Shown here: one piece after another, positions 1 to 9,099 of the stretch
Layout of the letters: every line of letters begins with the position of its first letter
Position numbering within the stretch: position 1 is the first letter of the stretch
From: an uncultured Verrucomicrobiae bacterium
Lineage (GTDB): Bacteria; Verrucomicrobiota; Verrucomicrobiia; Chthoniobacterales; UBA10450
Length of the DNA: 64,000 nucleotides
NCBI GenBank assembly: GCA_963815455.1
Contig: CAWFGO010000002.1
Coordinates: 448,001-512,000 of the forward strand
Reading direction: 5' to 3'
Translations under genes and position numbers: made by a program
Notes under the pieces: model-generated
What the model saw: the letters and a program-made list of their open reading frames with translations, nothing else
The model's database searches: none
Told to the model about the DNA's origin: nothing

Positions 1-152
1 GGGATTGCTTTCATCGGCCGAAGAAATACTTTCGCGGCATGGCTGGGACGCGATTCTCCCCAAGCGCCCTCTTTCCAACCCAGCGGATGAATGAATATTT
101 GCCATCGACCGGGCCCAATAATCTGCCAGTGTTGAAAGGCGCGTGATTCGCC

Positions 153-2529
153 ATGTCCGCGGAAACAAATCCGGCAGTCGAGTTAGAGATCGCGCATGTT
201 TTGTTCATCGATACGGTGGGCTATTCGAAACTTCTCATCGACGATCAGCGCGATCTACTCGACCGGCTTAACCGAATTGTTAAAAATACAAATCAAGTCC
301 GAACGTCGGAGGCCGCCGGCAATTTAATCACGCTGCCGACCGGCGACGGAATGGCCCTGGTTTTTTCCGGCGCGCCGGAGGCGCCAGTTCAGTGTGCGCT
401 CGAAATCAGCAAAGCCGCCCAAGCCGATCTGCGATTGCCGTTACGGATGGGGATTCATAGCGGTCCGGTCAGTCGAGTTGTCGATGTAAACGACAGATCC
501 AACGCCGCGGGAGCGGGAATAAATATAGCGGAGAGGGTCATGGGTTTCGGCGATGCGGGCCACATTTTGCTGTCCAAACGAGCCGCCGACGATCTCGCGG
601 CCTACGGACATTGGCGTCCGTTTCTTCATGAGATCGGCGAATACGAGGTAAAATACGGCGTAAAAGTGTCTCTGGTGAATCTTCACAAGGGAGAGGCGGG
701 AAATGCCCAGCTGCCGGCGCGATGCAAAATGCTTCAACATCAGGCCCAGCGCGTTAAGATGCGTCGGCGCGCCCTCTACCTGTCGCTGCCGTTGCTCGTC
801 ATTTCGGCGGTGACCGCCGCACTTCTTTTCCCGCGAGCGAATGTTGCGGACCTTTCTCCAAAGAGCATCGCCGTTCTGCCTTTTGAAAACTTGAGCGACG
901 AAAAAGAGAACGCATTTTTCACCGGCGGCGTCCAGGATGAGATCTTGAGCGATTTGGCGAGAGTGGCCGATCTCAAGGTGATCAGTCGCACGAGCACGAT
1001 GCGATACAAGAGTTCCCCGGATCGCAATCTCCGGCAGATCGCCAAGGAACTCGGAGTCACTTATATTGTGGAGGGAAGTGTTCAACGTGTCGGAGATCAC
1101 ATCCGAGTGAGCGCACAATTGATCGATGCGCGGAGCGACATGCACATGTGGGCAGATCGCTATGATTCCGATGCAACCGACGTTTTTCGCATTCAAAGCG
1201 ACGTGGCCCAACAAGTGGTCGCACAGCTAAAGGCCAAACTTTCGCCTCAAGAAAAAGCCGCCATTGAGGAGCCACCCACCGATAACCTCGCTGCCTACGA
1301 TCTCTACCTGCGCGGCCGACGTCTCATCGACTCCAGAGCGTTCGAGGCGCGCCAGAAAGAAAGTCTCATCGAGGCGACGCGGTTGCTCGATGAGGCGATC
1401 GCGTTGGACCCTCAGTTTGTGCTCGCCTACTACCAACTGGCCACCGCGCACGATTTGATTTACTTCCAAGGCTACGATCACACGCCGGCTCGGCTGGCCC
1501 AGGCCGATGCGGCCGTGAACTCCCTGGTCCGTCTTCGTCCCGCTTCGGGCGAAGCTCACCTTGCGCTGGCCCAACATTTGCTACTGGGGATATCGCAAAT
1601 ACGATCAGGCGCGGGAGGAACTCGTCGCCGCTCGACGGGCATTACCAAACGAACCTCTGGTTCCGCTCCTGGAGGGTTATATTGATCGGCGACAGGGACG
1701 TTGGGATGAATCGATTCGGGAACTGGAAGGTGCGCTCCAGCTCGATCCACGCAATGTGTTGATTCTTCAGCAGGTCTCGTTCAGCTACGAGCTGTTACGC
1801 CGGTTCAAAGAAATGGCCGCCGTTCTGGATCGCGCTGTCGAACTGGTCCCGGCTGACCTTAGAACCAAGCTTCAACGGACGTTTGTCGATCTTGAATGGC
1901 ATGCTGATCCGCATCCGGCCCACTCAGTCATGCAAGCAATTCTGGCCGAAGATCACGAGACTGTCGCTTCGGTCGCAGATCGTTGGACATATCTCGCGCT
2001 CTACGAACGCGATGCCGCCGCCGGGATGCGCGCGGTGGCGCTGATTCCATCGGAAGGAATCAGCGAACTTGGCGTCAATTTTCCAGCGCCATGGTTTGAG
2101 GGATTGTTTGCGCGACTGCGGGGCGACCAGGCGAGCGCGCGCAGAGCATGGACCCGTGCGCACTCTGAGGTGGACAAAGCCGTGCAGAGCCAACCCGCTT
2201 ATGCCGAACAACTGTCCGTTCTGGGAATGATTGATGCCGCACTTGGGAACAAGGAGGCCGCCATTCGTGAAGGAAAACGCGCCGTCGAATTGCTTCCCAT
2301 GACGGCAGACGCGCTCAAGAACGGGCTACTAGTCGAGCACCTGGCAATTATCTACGCTTGGACCGGGGAGAAAGATCTGGCCTTCGAACAATTGGCCTAC
2401 GCCGCGCAGATCCCCTCCGAAATAAATTACGGTCATCTCCAGTTGCATCCTCTGTGGGATCCACTGCGGGGCGATCCGCGTTTCGACAAATTCGTAGCGT
2501 CGCTTGCGCCTCAACCGCAGAGCCCTTGA
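153..2529 (+). CDS. Class III nucleotide cyclase-like domain + TM + TolB-like + TPR protein (frameshift near 1575-1590)
   Basis: ORF 153..1685 has LFIDTVGYS, TGDGMALVF, RMGIHSGPV, GINIAERV, then a TM and KSIAVLPFENLS. ORF 1561..2529 continues the TPRs and ends WDPLRGDPRF. Collinear with the intact paralog at 3409..5895. Confidence 0.85.
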
Positions 2530-2576
2530 CGAACGCGGGAGTGTCAGCTTCCCGTGCGGAACTCGATCATTCGTGT

Positions 2577-2942
2577 TTAGTCGGCCATGCGCGTGACCGT
2601 CACGGAAGCGTATTGGGCGTCGGGCAAAACAAATTTATGCAGTTCGACTTGAACTCGCCGAACCGGAAAAGTCTGCAAGAGATGGGCGGCAAGCTCCGCG
2701 GCCAGGGTTTCGATCAATTTAACGGAGCGGTCACCAACAAATTCGCGAGCAGCGGCACATAGAGCCGAGTAGTTAACCGTTCGGGTTATATCGTCCTCCA
2801 TGTCCTCAAATCTCGCGTTGGGCCAAACGGTCATGGACAAAGTGAGTCGCTGCGGTTGAGCGCGCTCCTTTTCCACGACGCCAACCCGAGCGAACAGTTC
2901 AAGTTGCTCGACATGAATGGAATCGGACGGGTCGGCTTCCAC
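2577..2942 (-). CDS. folB: Dihydroneopterin aldolase
   Basis: Motifs GVVEKER..PQRL, DDITRTVNY, LIETLA and VELHK; 121 aa. Confidence 0.9.
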   Translation of the reverse strand: MEADPSDSIHVEQLELFARVGVVEKERAQPQRLTLSMTVWPNARFEDMEDDITRTVNYSALCAAAREFVGDRSVKLIETLAAELAAHLLQTFPVRRVQVELHKFVLPDAQYASVTVTRMAD

Positions 2943-3052
2943 GCTGTAGCAGTTGCACGGCGAAGAGATTTCGCAACTGCGACGGGGAAAAAGCGAAGGC
3001 CGGGATTGACGCCGGCCCTCGCAGAAAATGATCGCGGATCAACCTGGATTAC

Positions 3053-3190
3053 AAAAAAAGGGCAAAGGCGGCGGCGCACAGCTGGGTCCTAATCCAAGGT
3101 AGCCGCTCGAACTTCGGGGAGAACATATCTCGGTGACTCCCGAAGCTTTCGCGGCCCGCGCCAGCCGCCTTTGCAAAACCGATCGACGAA
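3053..3190 (-). ncRNA. Candidate structured RNA or folB leader (unassigned family)
   Basis: Nested stems 3062-3077/3158-3174, 3102-3106/3151-3155 and 3112-3121/3137-3145. On the minus strand there is a TAGAAT hexamer upstream and a U7 tract downstream. Confidence 0.3.
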
Positions 3191-3408
3191 CAAATTCTAA
3201 AGTAGCACGCCCGAAAGAACCTGGCACGGGCACCCGGCGCTTTCGATATGTGGTCGAGCGTTGTCTCTGCATCTCACCCACCTTCTCCGAGAACTGGAGG
3301 CCGTTGTTCGCGAATTTCTTTCGAAAATGTCAAAAAAAATTCGGCCGGCCAGCTACTGCGCTCGGCGAGCGGGGCCGCAATCGGCGGTAAGGCCCGGCAA
3401 TGGGTCGG

Positions 3409-5895
3409 CTATTTCGGAGCAAGAGAGGCCACGATCTCTTCGAACCGTGGGTCGCCGCGCAGGGGATCCCATGCTGGATTGAGACGCAACTCTCCGTAGC
3501 TGAGATGGCCGGGAAGTTTCACAGCCACGGCCAACTGGTGGCAAGCCGCCTCTTTATCGCCAACTGCAGCATAGATCGCCGCCATAAATTCAAGGCATAC
3601 CTCTCCGTCGATGGCATCTTTCTCAACCGGCAGCAACTCGACCGCCCGCCGCCCCTCTTCAATAGCCTTGTCCTTGTCGCCGAGCCCGGCATTCACTGAA
3701 CCGAGGGCGCAAAGAAGCGCGCCATTTTCGCCTTGGTTCCGAATATCTTCTTCTAGCTCTTTTCGCGCCTTGGCGAAGGCCGAACGCGCAGCAGTGGCAT
3801 CGCCACGGAGAAGCGCCACTCGGCCCTCACACCAGGCACGCGGGAAAACAAGTCCTTCAATACCGTACCCGCTGGTGGGAATCGCAGACAATGCGCGAAC
3901 TGCTGCCTTGGCGTCACGTTCGGCCAAAGCCAAATCAAACCAATCCCCCGCGAGGGTCGGGGCGTTATCTGGATTCTCAGCCAGGATAGCGTCGATGACC
4001 GAATGGAGCGGCCCGGGATCGGCACGCTGGGCGAGAGCGACCATGGCGTGGCGAACGCGCATCGTAATATCCGTAGGCACAATTATAAGGGCGCGGTCCA
4101 AGGTGGCCGTCATTTCTGAATAGCGGCGAAGGAATTCATAACTAAGCGCAATCTGGAGAAGGATCATTGGATTGCGCGGATCAAGGTCGGACGCGCGCTT
4201 CATGTTCTTAAGGGATTCCTCCCAGCGACCCTGTCGCCGGTCGATATAACCGGTCAACAGGGACGGCCACGGATCATTGGGCATCACGGTTGCGGCCGCG
4301 GCGAGTTCTTTTCGCGCGCCATCGTAATCGAGATAGCCCCAGTAAAGGTGCTTGGCCATGGCCAGATGTGTCTCGCCGGAGACGGGCCGAAGGCGGCGAA
4401 GCGATTCGATGGCGGCGGCGGCCAAGGCCAGCCGCCGCGGAGTCCGATCGATGAAGCCCCAGTAGAGCTGATCGTGAGCATGGGCCAATTGGTAGTAGGC
4501 CAGGGCAAATTTGGGATCGTGCGCCACCGCCTGCTCCAGAAGCCGCACCGCTTCCAACAGACTTGCCTCTTTCGGCTCGTTAAATACGGCGTGGTCGATG
4601 AGAACACGCGCCTGCGCGTATAAATCGTAAGCAATCAGATCGGCCGTAGGCTTTTCTTCAATGGCCGCTTTCTCGTTCGGAGACAGGCGCGACTTAAGTT
4701 GATCGACGATTTTTTCCGCCACCTCGTTCTCGATGGTGAATACGTCGGCCGCATTCCGCTTGTAGCTCTCTCCCCAAACATGCGTGTCGGTCCGGGCATT
4801 GATTAATTGAGCGCTGACCCGCACCAGATCGCCCGCACGCTGAACGGTTCCCTCCAGGATAAACGCGACCCCCAAGTCTTTGGCAATTCCGCGCAGGTTG
4901 CGCTCGGCCGCCTTCCTGTATTGCATCACCGACGTCCGGCTGATCACCTTCAGGTCGGCCACCTTGGCCAGGTTGGTCAATATTTCGTCCTGAACGCCGT
5001 CGGCAAAGTAAGCGTTTTGTTTGTCGTCGCTCAAGTTCTGGAAGGGCAGAACAGCGATACTCTTCTCGGGAATCACAACGTTCGATTTGAAGAAATGTGA
5101 AAAACCTACCGTGAGAGCGATGGCGATGACGCATCCCAGCAAAGCAATCCCGGCCGCCCACTTCGGCCAGCGCGGTCCGTAAATCGGACGAATGGTCGCA
5201 CTCGATGTTTGCCCCCATCGGCGTCGCCTGAGTTTTTCGGGGACATGCGGGTTGCCCACGCCATCCTTGCACAGATTGAAAATGTGCAACCGCAAGCCGT
5301 GCTTCGCTTCGCACTCGCCCAGATCGCGCAGGAATGGCTGCCAACTGCGATACTCGGCCAGATCATCCGCCACATGTTTCGAGAGCAGAATATGTCCGGC
5401 ATCGCCGCAATCCATCACCCGCTGGGCCACATTAATTCCCGCGCCGGCAACGTTGATCGTCTCGTTAACATCTTTGACTTGGTTGACCGGACCGCTGTGG
5501 ATCCCCATCCGCAACTGGATGTGCGGCTGTTTGCGCAGTTCATTGCTGATGGCTACTGCGCATTGAACCGGTTCTTCGGGGCTGCGAAAAAAAAGCAGCG
5601 CCATGCCGTCCCCCGTGGGCAAGCGAATGAGCTTCCCTGCTTTTTCCGCTTCTTGAAAACACTCGGTCCCGCGCACGACTCGGTTGAGCTCCTGCAGAAG
5701 CTCAATCTGCTCGTTAACCAGCAATTTGGAATAACCGACGACGTCGATTAACAACAGGTGCGCGATCTCCAACGGGAGATCCGGCTTGGCTTCAGCGGAT
5801 GTGTCTTGCGCGCTCAACGGTCGATTCGGGGCAAAAGATACTCCCAGTTCCACGCCCCGCCATCCAGACAAATGGAAGACGCTCGGATTGGCCAT
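3409..5895 (-). CDS. Class III nucleotide cyclase-like domain + TM + TolB-like + TPR protein
   Basis: 828 aa: LLIDVVGYS, TGDGMALLF, RMGIHSGPV, GINVAQRV, a TM, EKSIAVLPFQNLS, TPRs and C-terminal WDPLRGDPRF. Confidence 0.88.
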   Translation of the reverse strand: MANPSVFHLSGWRGVELGVSFAPNRPLSAQDTSAEAKPDLPLEIAHLLLIDVVGYSKLLVNEQIELLQELNRVVRGTECFQEAEKAGKLIRLPTGDGMALLFFRSPEEPVQCAVAISNELRKQPHIQLRMGIHSGPVNQVKDVNETINVAGAGINVAQRVMDCGDAGHILLSKHVADDLAEYRSWQPFLRDLGECEAKHGLRLHIFNLCKDGVGNPHVPEKLRRRRWGQTSSATIRPIYGPRWPKWAAGIALLGCVIAIALTVGFSHFFKSNVVIPEKSIAVLPFQNLSDDKQNAYFADGVQDEILTNLAKVADLKVISRTSVMQYRKAAERNLRGIAKDLGVAFILEGTVQRAGDLVRVSAQLINARTDTHVWGESYKRNAADVFTIENEVAEKIVDQLKSRLSPNEKAAIEEKPTADLIAYDLYAQARVLIDHAVFNEPKEASLLEAVRLLEQAVAHDPKFALAYYQLAHAHDQLYWGFIDRTPRRLALAAAAIESLRRLRPVSGETHLAMAKHLYWGYLDYDGARKELAAAATVMPNDPWPSLLTGYIDRRQGRWEESLKNMKRASDLDPRNPMILLQIALSYEFLRRYSEMTATLDRALIIVPTDITMRVRHAMVALAQRADPGPLHSVIDAILAENPDNAPTLAGDWFDLALAERDAKAAVRALSAIPTSGYGIEGLVFPRAWCEGRVALLRGDATAARSAFAKARKELEEDIRNQGENGALLCALGSVNAGLGDKDKAIEEGRRAVELLPVEKDAIDGEVCLEFMAAIYAAVGDKEAACHQLAVAVKLPGHLSYGELRLNPAWDPLRGDPRFEEIVASLAPK

Positions 5896-5954
5896 TCACC
5901 ATTCTCCTCCGAAAATCGGGGCGAGAAGTTCGAGCAACGCTGCCGAGAACCAAA

Positions 5955-6932
5955 TCAAGCGAGATCGACTGGGCCTGAGTCGAGCGCTTCATTTTTCAAC
6001 TTCGATTCGATTCGGGAAATCCAGATTAATTCAGGACCAAACGCGGACAGGTTCAGGACAATCATGATCAGGGAAAAAAGATACATCCCCATCGCGAGTC
6101 CGATCGCGGCATGCATTGCCATAATTCCAATCACCCAGACGGACCGCGTTCTCCGGTAGCAAATGAAAAGAGGGTAACCCATTTCCAGTACCACGACGGC
6201 GATGCCCGCGACCGGGAGAAGATATTTCCAGCGTATCACTGTTTCCGCGGGAATGAGATCGAAGGGCGGTCTGGTCAGGGCCAGCCAGAGATTCGCTCCG
6301 TTCCACCAGCCGCTTCCCAACGCCTTGGATAGACCGCCAAAAAAATAGATTAGACATAGATGGATCTGCAAAACGCGTCGCCAAAAGCCGAGCAACTCCG
6401 ATCGGCCCGGGCTATTCGGAGATTGTTGCGCTTGTCGATCTTGGGTCCGCCATTGTCGATCCAGTGAAAACCGGTCCGGCAACGGCGATAACATCAAATA
6501 GAAAAGCCCGATGGTCATGAAATTGTCGGCGCCATAGGAAACGAGCCCGCCGCTTTTGGCCGCGCAAAGATGAAGGAACCAAGCCAGGATCGCTGAGGAT
6601 CGACAGAAAAGACCCGTGATCAGGCCGCAACCAGCAGTGAGCAACCCGACCCAGGCCGCTTGAAGCACGGTTTCTTCGGTCAAGCTAACATAATTACCCA
6701 GAGCGACGAGCCATCCGAATCTGGGAACCAGAGGGCTCTCCAGCGAGAGAAGTTTCTCCGCCAGATCGCGGCTGATCAGACCATGACCGGTCCCGGCTAA
6801 CAAATAATTCCAGTCGCGACACAATGAGAGCGCGTAAAGCACAACCTGCACCCCAAGGCCCAGCCTCAAAATAACCAGCCAACGATCCGTTTCCGATGGA
6901 AACAGAAAACCCATGAATTTGGCACTGCCCAT
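5955..6932 (-). CDS. HTTM-domain membrane protein (SdpB / vitamin K-dependent carboxylase-like)
   Basis: Multi-TM protein with LRLGLG, YGADNF, FSLD, QIHLCLIYFFGGLSK, GSGWWNG and HAAIG..MGM..FS, typical of the HTTM family. Confidence 0.8.
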   Translation of the reverse strand: MGSAKFMGFLFPSETDRWLVILRLGLGVQVVLYALSLCRDWNYLLAGTGHGLISRDLAEKLLSLESPLVPRFGWLVALGNYVSLTEETVLQAAWVGLLTAGCGLITGLFCRSSAILAWFLHLCAAKSGGLVSYGADNFMTIGLFYLMLSPLPDRFSLDRQWRTQDRQAQQSPNSPGRSELLGFWRRVLQIHLCLIYFFGGLSKALGSGWWNGANLWLALTRPPFDLIPAETVIRWKYLLPVAGIAVVVLEMGYPLFICYRRTRSVWVIGIMAMHAAIGLAMGMYLFSLIMIVLNLSAFGPELIWISRIESKLKNEALDSGPVDLA

Positions 6933-6935
6933 TTC

Positions 6936-7565
6936 CTAGTGCTTCCCCGGCTCAGCCGTTTTTTCGCTAAGCGTGAAATCATACGCATACAAAAATTCGT
7001 ACGAGCCGCGCTTTCCCTTTTCGAACTCGCTCATTGCGGGCAGGGTGGCCGCGCCGAACACGGCCCGGATCGTTATCGCATCGGGATGCGCCCGCCAAAC
7101 AGAGTGGGCCAGCATCCTGATCATGAGCCTGCGCAACGGTTCGTAGTCGGTGCGTCCAATCTGGTCGAGCAAGCTGGCCAGGCGTAATTCACCGGCCGAG
7201 CTGTTAACCCGCGGCACCTCGGCCTCGACGTGTCCATCCGGATAATGCAGCTCAAAAACCAGTTTGTATCCGCCCGGGATATTCGGCGCAAAATAACCGT
7301 AACCGGTTTCGATACCGGCCAGGTGCAAATACGTTGTGGTTGCCTGGCGGATCGGATTTGACGAAGACAATCCCCGGCCTAACGGCACGGAGGCGACCGC
7401 TTCAGCTTTGCGCCAGTACGATGCGTCTGACGATGGCACGATCGTCAGCCCGTGCCTGATAAGCCAGAACGTTTCGCGGCATGAAACCGCGATGACGAGC
7501 AGGAAATGCAGGCAGAAACCGGCGCAGTAAACGCACCTCGTTAGCCGAGCCCTTCCCGAGTTCAG
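6936..7565 (-). CDS. SdpA/DUF5819-like HTTM partner protein
   Basis: GYGYFAPN motif resembles the W.xFAP(N) motif of SdpA-like proteins. The frame is open upstream of the called ORF (7439) through a hydrophobic helix (FCLHFLLVIAV) to a CTG at 7565 overlapping the upstream TGA. Start is uncertain. Confidence 0.6.
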   Translation of the reverse strand: MNSGRARLTRCVYCAGFCLHFLLVIAVSCRETFWLIRHGLTIVPSSDASYWRKAEAVASVPLGRGLSSSNPIRQATTTYLHLAGIETGYGYFAPNIPGGYKLVFELHYPDGHVEAEVPRVNSSAGELRLASLLDQIGRTDYEPLRRLMIRMLAHSVWRAHPDAITIRAVFGAATLPAMSEFEKGKRGSYEFLYAYDFTLSEKTAEPGKH

Positions 7566-8026
7566 AACGAATCCACGACCTTCTTCAGATCGGCCGCGCT
7601 ACTGGTAGCCACTCGCTGGGTAACCTGCACACGGCCTTTGGCTTCGGTCGTGCTTTCTGCGCCAGCCACCTGAGTTCCATGCACTGAGCCCCTGATCCCG
7701 CTCCCAGCGCCGGTTGTCCCCGAACTGGCCGAACCGCTGGTCACAACACTACTGAACGGGGGGCCACTCGCCTCCCCGGCAGCCTCTTTTATCGTGACCT
7801 TAGTGCCATTGGCCCCATCTTTGTCGATCTTGTTAAGTAGATCTTTGAAATCGGCCACAGTTGAATTTTTCAGTTCGACATAAGGGTTTCCCTTTATTTC
7901 AAGAACATAGATCGTCCCTTGCGAGGTCGGAGCCTGGGCGAAGGCTCGGAGAGTCAAACCGGCCAGGAGACCGATCACCGCCAAAACAATCAGCTTAAAT
8001 GCAAACGTTCCAGATAGGGTTTTCAT
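7562..8026 (-). CDS. Secreted hypothetical protein with VHxTQ motif (paralog A)
   Basis: Signal peptide ending AFA-Q. Shares YVL, F.DLL..ID..G.NGTKV.I, SVH.TQ and LK.V.D.F with 8114..8554. Confidence 0.75.
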   Translation of the reverse strand: MKTLSGTFAFKLIVLAVIGLLAGLTLRAFAQAPTSQGTIYVLEIKGNPYVELKNSTVADFKDLLNKIDKDGANGTKVTIKEAAGEASGPPFSSVVTSGSASSGTTGAGSGIRGSVHGTQVAGAESTTEAKGRVQVTQRVATSSAADLKKVVDSF

Positions 8027-8076
8027 AGCGCCATCCGGTTTGACTCCGCGCTTTGCCTTTAGCAAGCACAAAGTTT
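8027..8076 (-). promoter_or_regulatory. Conserved promoter-like element, copy 1 (AAACTTTGTGCTTGCTA-N17-CAAACCGGA)
   Basis: Same element at the same distance from the ATG as copy 2; spacer sequence differs but length is identical. Confidence 0.55.
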
Positions 8077-8113
8077 GGTGGTCCCGGCAGAGAGACGCGC
8101 CGCTACATCGAAA

Positions 8114-8554
8114 TCAGGGGCTGGGCGACGTCGTGGGCGCTGCTTCGTCCGTTACCGCTGAACCCGCTTCGAAAAAATCCAGAACCGCCTTCAACTTCTG
8201 AGGATCGTTGCTTCTCACGCTCTGCGTACTGTGAACAGACCGCTTCGGGCCAATTACAGTTTGAGCCTGATCGAACGTATCGTTCTGCGTAGGCCCCTCG
8301 ATCTCGCTCGCGTCGTCATCCCTTGGCCTGATGTTGACTTTCGTTCCGTTCGTTCCCTTCGAATCGATATCTTTCAACAAATCTTCGAACGCCCCCAATT
8401 GGTTCAGATCTTTCAACCGCACCCGTTGGCCGTTGACGATGTTGAGCTTGAGAACGTATGACGTTTGCGGTTTCTTCGGGCCGAACGTGTTATACAGATA
8501 GGTTCCCCCAACTGCGACAGCGGCTCCGAGCAGAAATGTGATTACAGTTTTCAT
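8114..8554 (-). CDS. Secreted or membrane-anchored hypothetical protein with VHxTQ motif (paralog B)
   Basis: N-terminal hydrophobic segment; shares motifs with 7562..8026. Confidence 0.75.
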   Translation of the reverse strand: MKTVITFLLGAAVAVGGTYLYNTFGPKKPQTSYVLKLNIVNGQRVRLKDLNQLGAFEDLLKDIDSKGTNGTKVNIRPRDDDASEIEGPTQNDTFDQAQTVIGPKRSVHSTQSVRSNDPQKLKAVLDFFEAGSAVTDEAAPTTSPSP

Positions 8555-8604
8555 AGTGCCGTCCGGTTTGAGCCTGCCCCTACGGAATAGCAAGCACAAA
8601 GTTT
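8555..8604 (-). promoter_or_regulatory. Conserved promoter-like element, copy 2
   Basis: AAACTTTGTGCTTGCTA-ttccgtaggggcaggct-CAAACCGGAcGGCaCT-ATG. Confidence 0.55.
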
Positions 8605-8639
8605 TAGTGTGGCCCGATTAGGACCGCCACCAGGACAAA

Positions 8640-8999
8640 TTAGCCAACTCGAAACCTCACGTCTCGGATGGTTTTCCCGCCGAAACGTTGCTTCAATTTA
8701 CGCAGGATGTCGATCTTGGAGACTTGCTCGAGCTCGTAGTGGAGCGCCGGTTGAAGCACTCGGACGTAGAGAATGCCTTCGCGCAAGGCCACCGGCGCGG
8801 AGTGGGCGGCGATGAAATCACCGACGATTTGCCCCCATGCTTCGATGACTTCGGTTTCCTTGAGCCGCTCGCGCAGGCCGAGGCGTTGCATCAGTTTCGG
8901 GAGCAGGTCGCCCGCCGATTGCCATCGATTGCGCAGCAGCGATTTTTCGGGCAGACCGCGCCATTCGGCGATCGCAGCGGCGCGGAGGGAGCGGTTCAT
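8640..8999 (-). CDS. DUF721 / DciA-family protein
   Basis: W..IVG..IA.HS.PV.L..G.L.V.V pattern and C-terminal IRDVRFRVG. Confidence 0.8.
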   Translation of the reverse strand: MNRSLRAAAIAEWRGLPEKSLLRNRWQSAGDLLPKLMQRLGLRERLKETEVIEAWGQIVGDFIAAHSAPVALREGILYVRVLQPALHYELEQVSKIDILRKLKQRFGGKTIRDVRFRVG

Positions 9000-9099
9000 G
9001 GTAGTCATGGAATACATGGAAGCTCTGAAGCGTTCGGAATCGAGCAAGATTCAATTGCCGTACCGCTTCAACGCTTCAACGAATCCGTTAGCCGAAGCT

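Noticed and set aside
153..5895. Cyclases as a Pycsar/CBASS defence system
   Set aside because: No adjacent cNMP-binding or TIR effector; the TM-TolB-TPR architecture fits signalling receptors.
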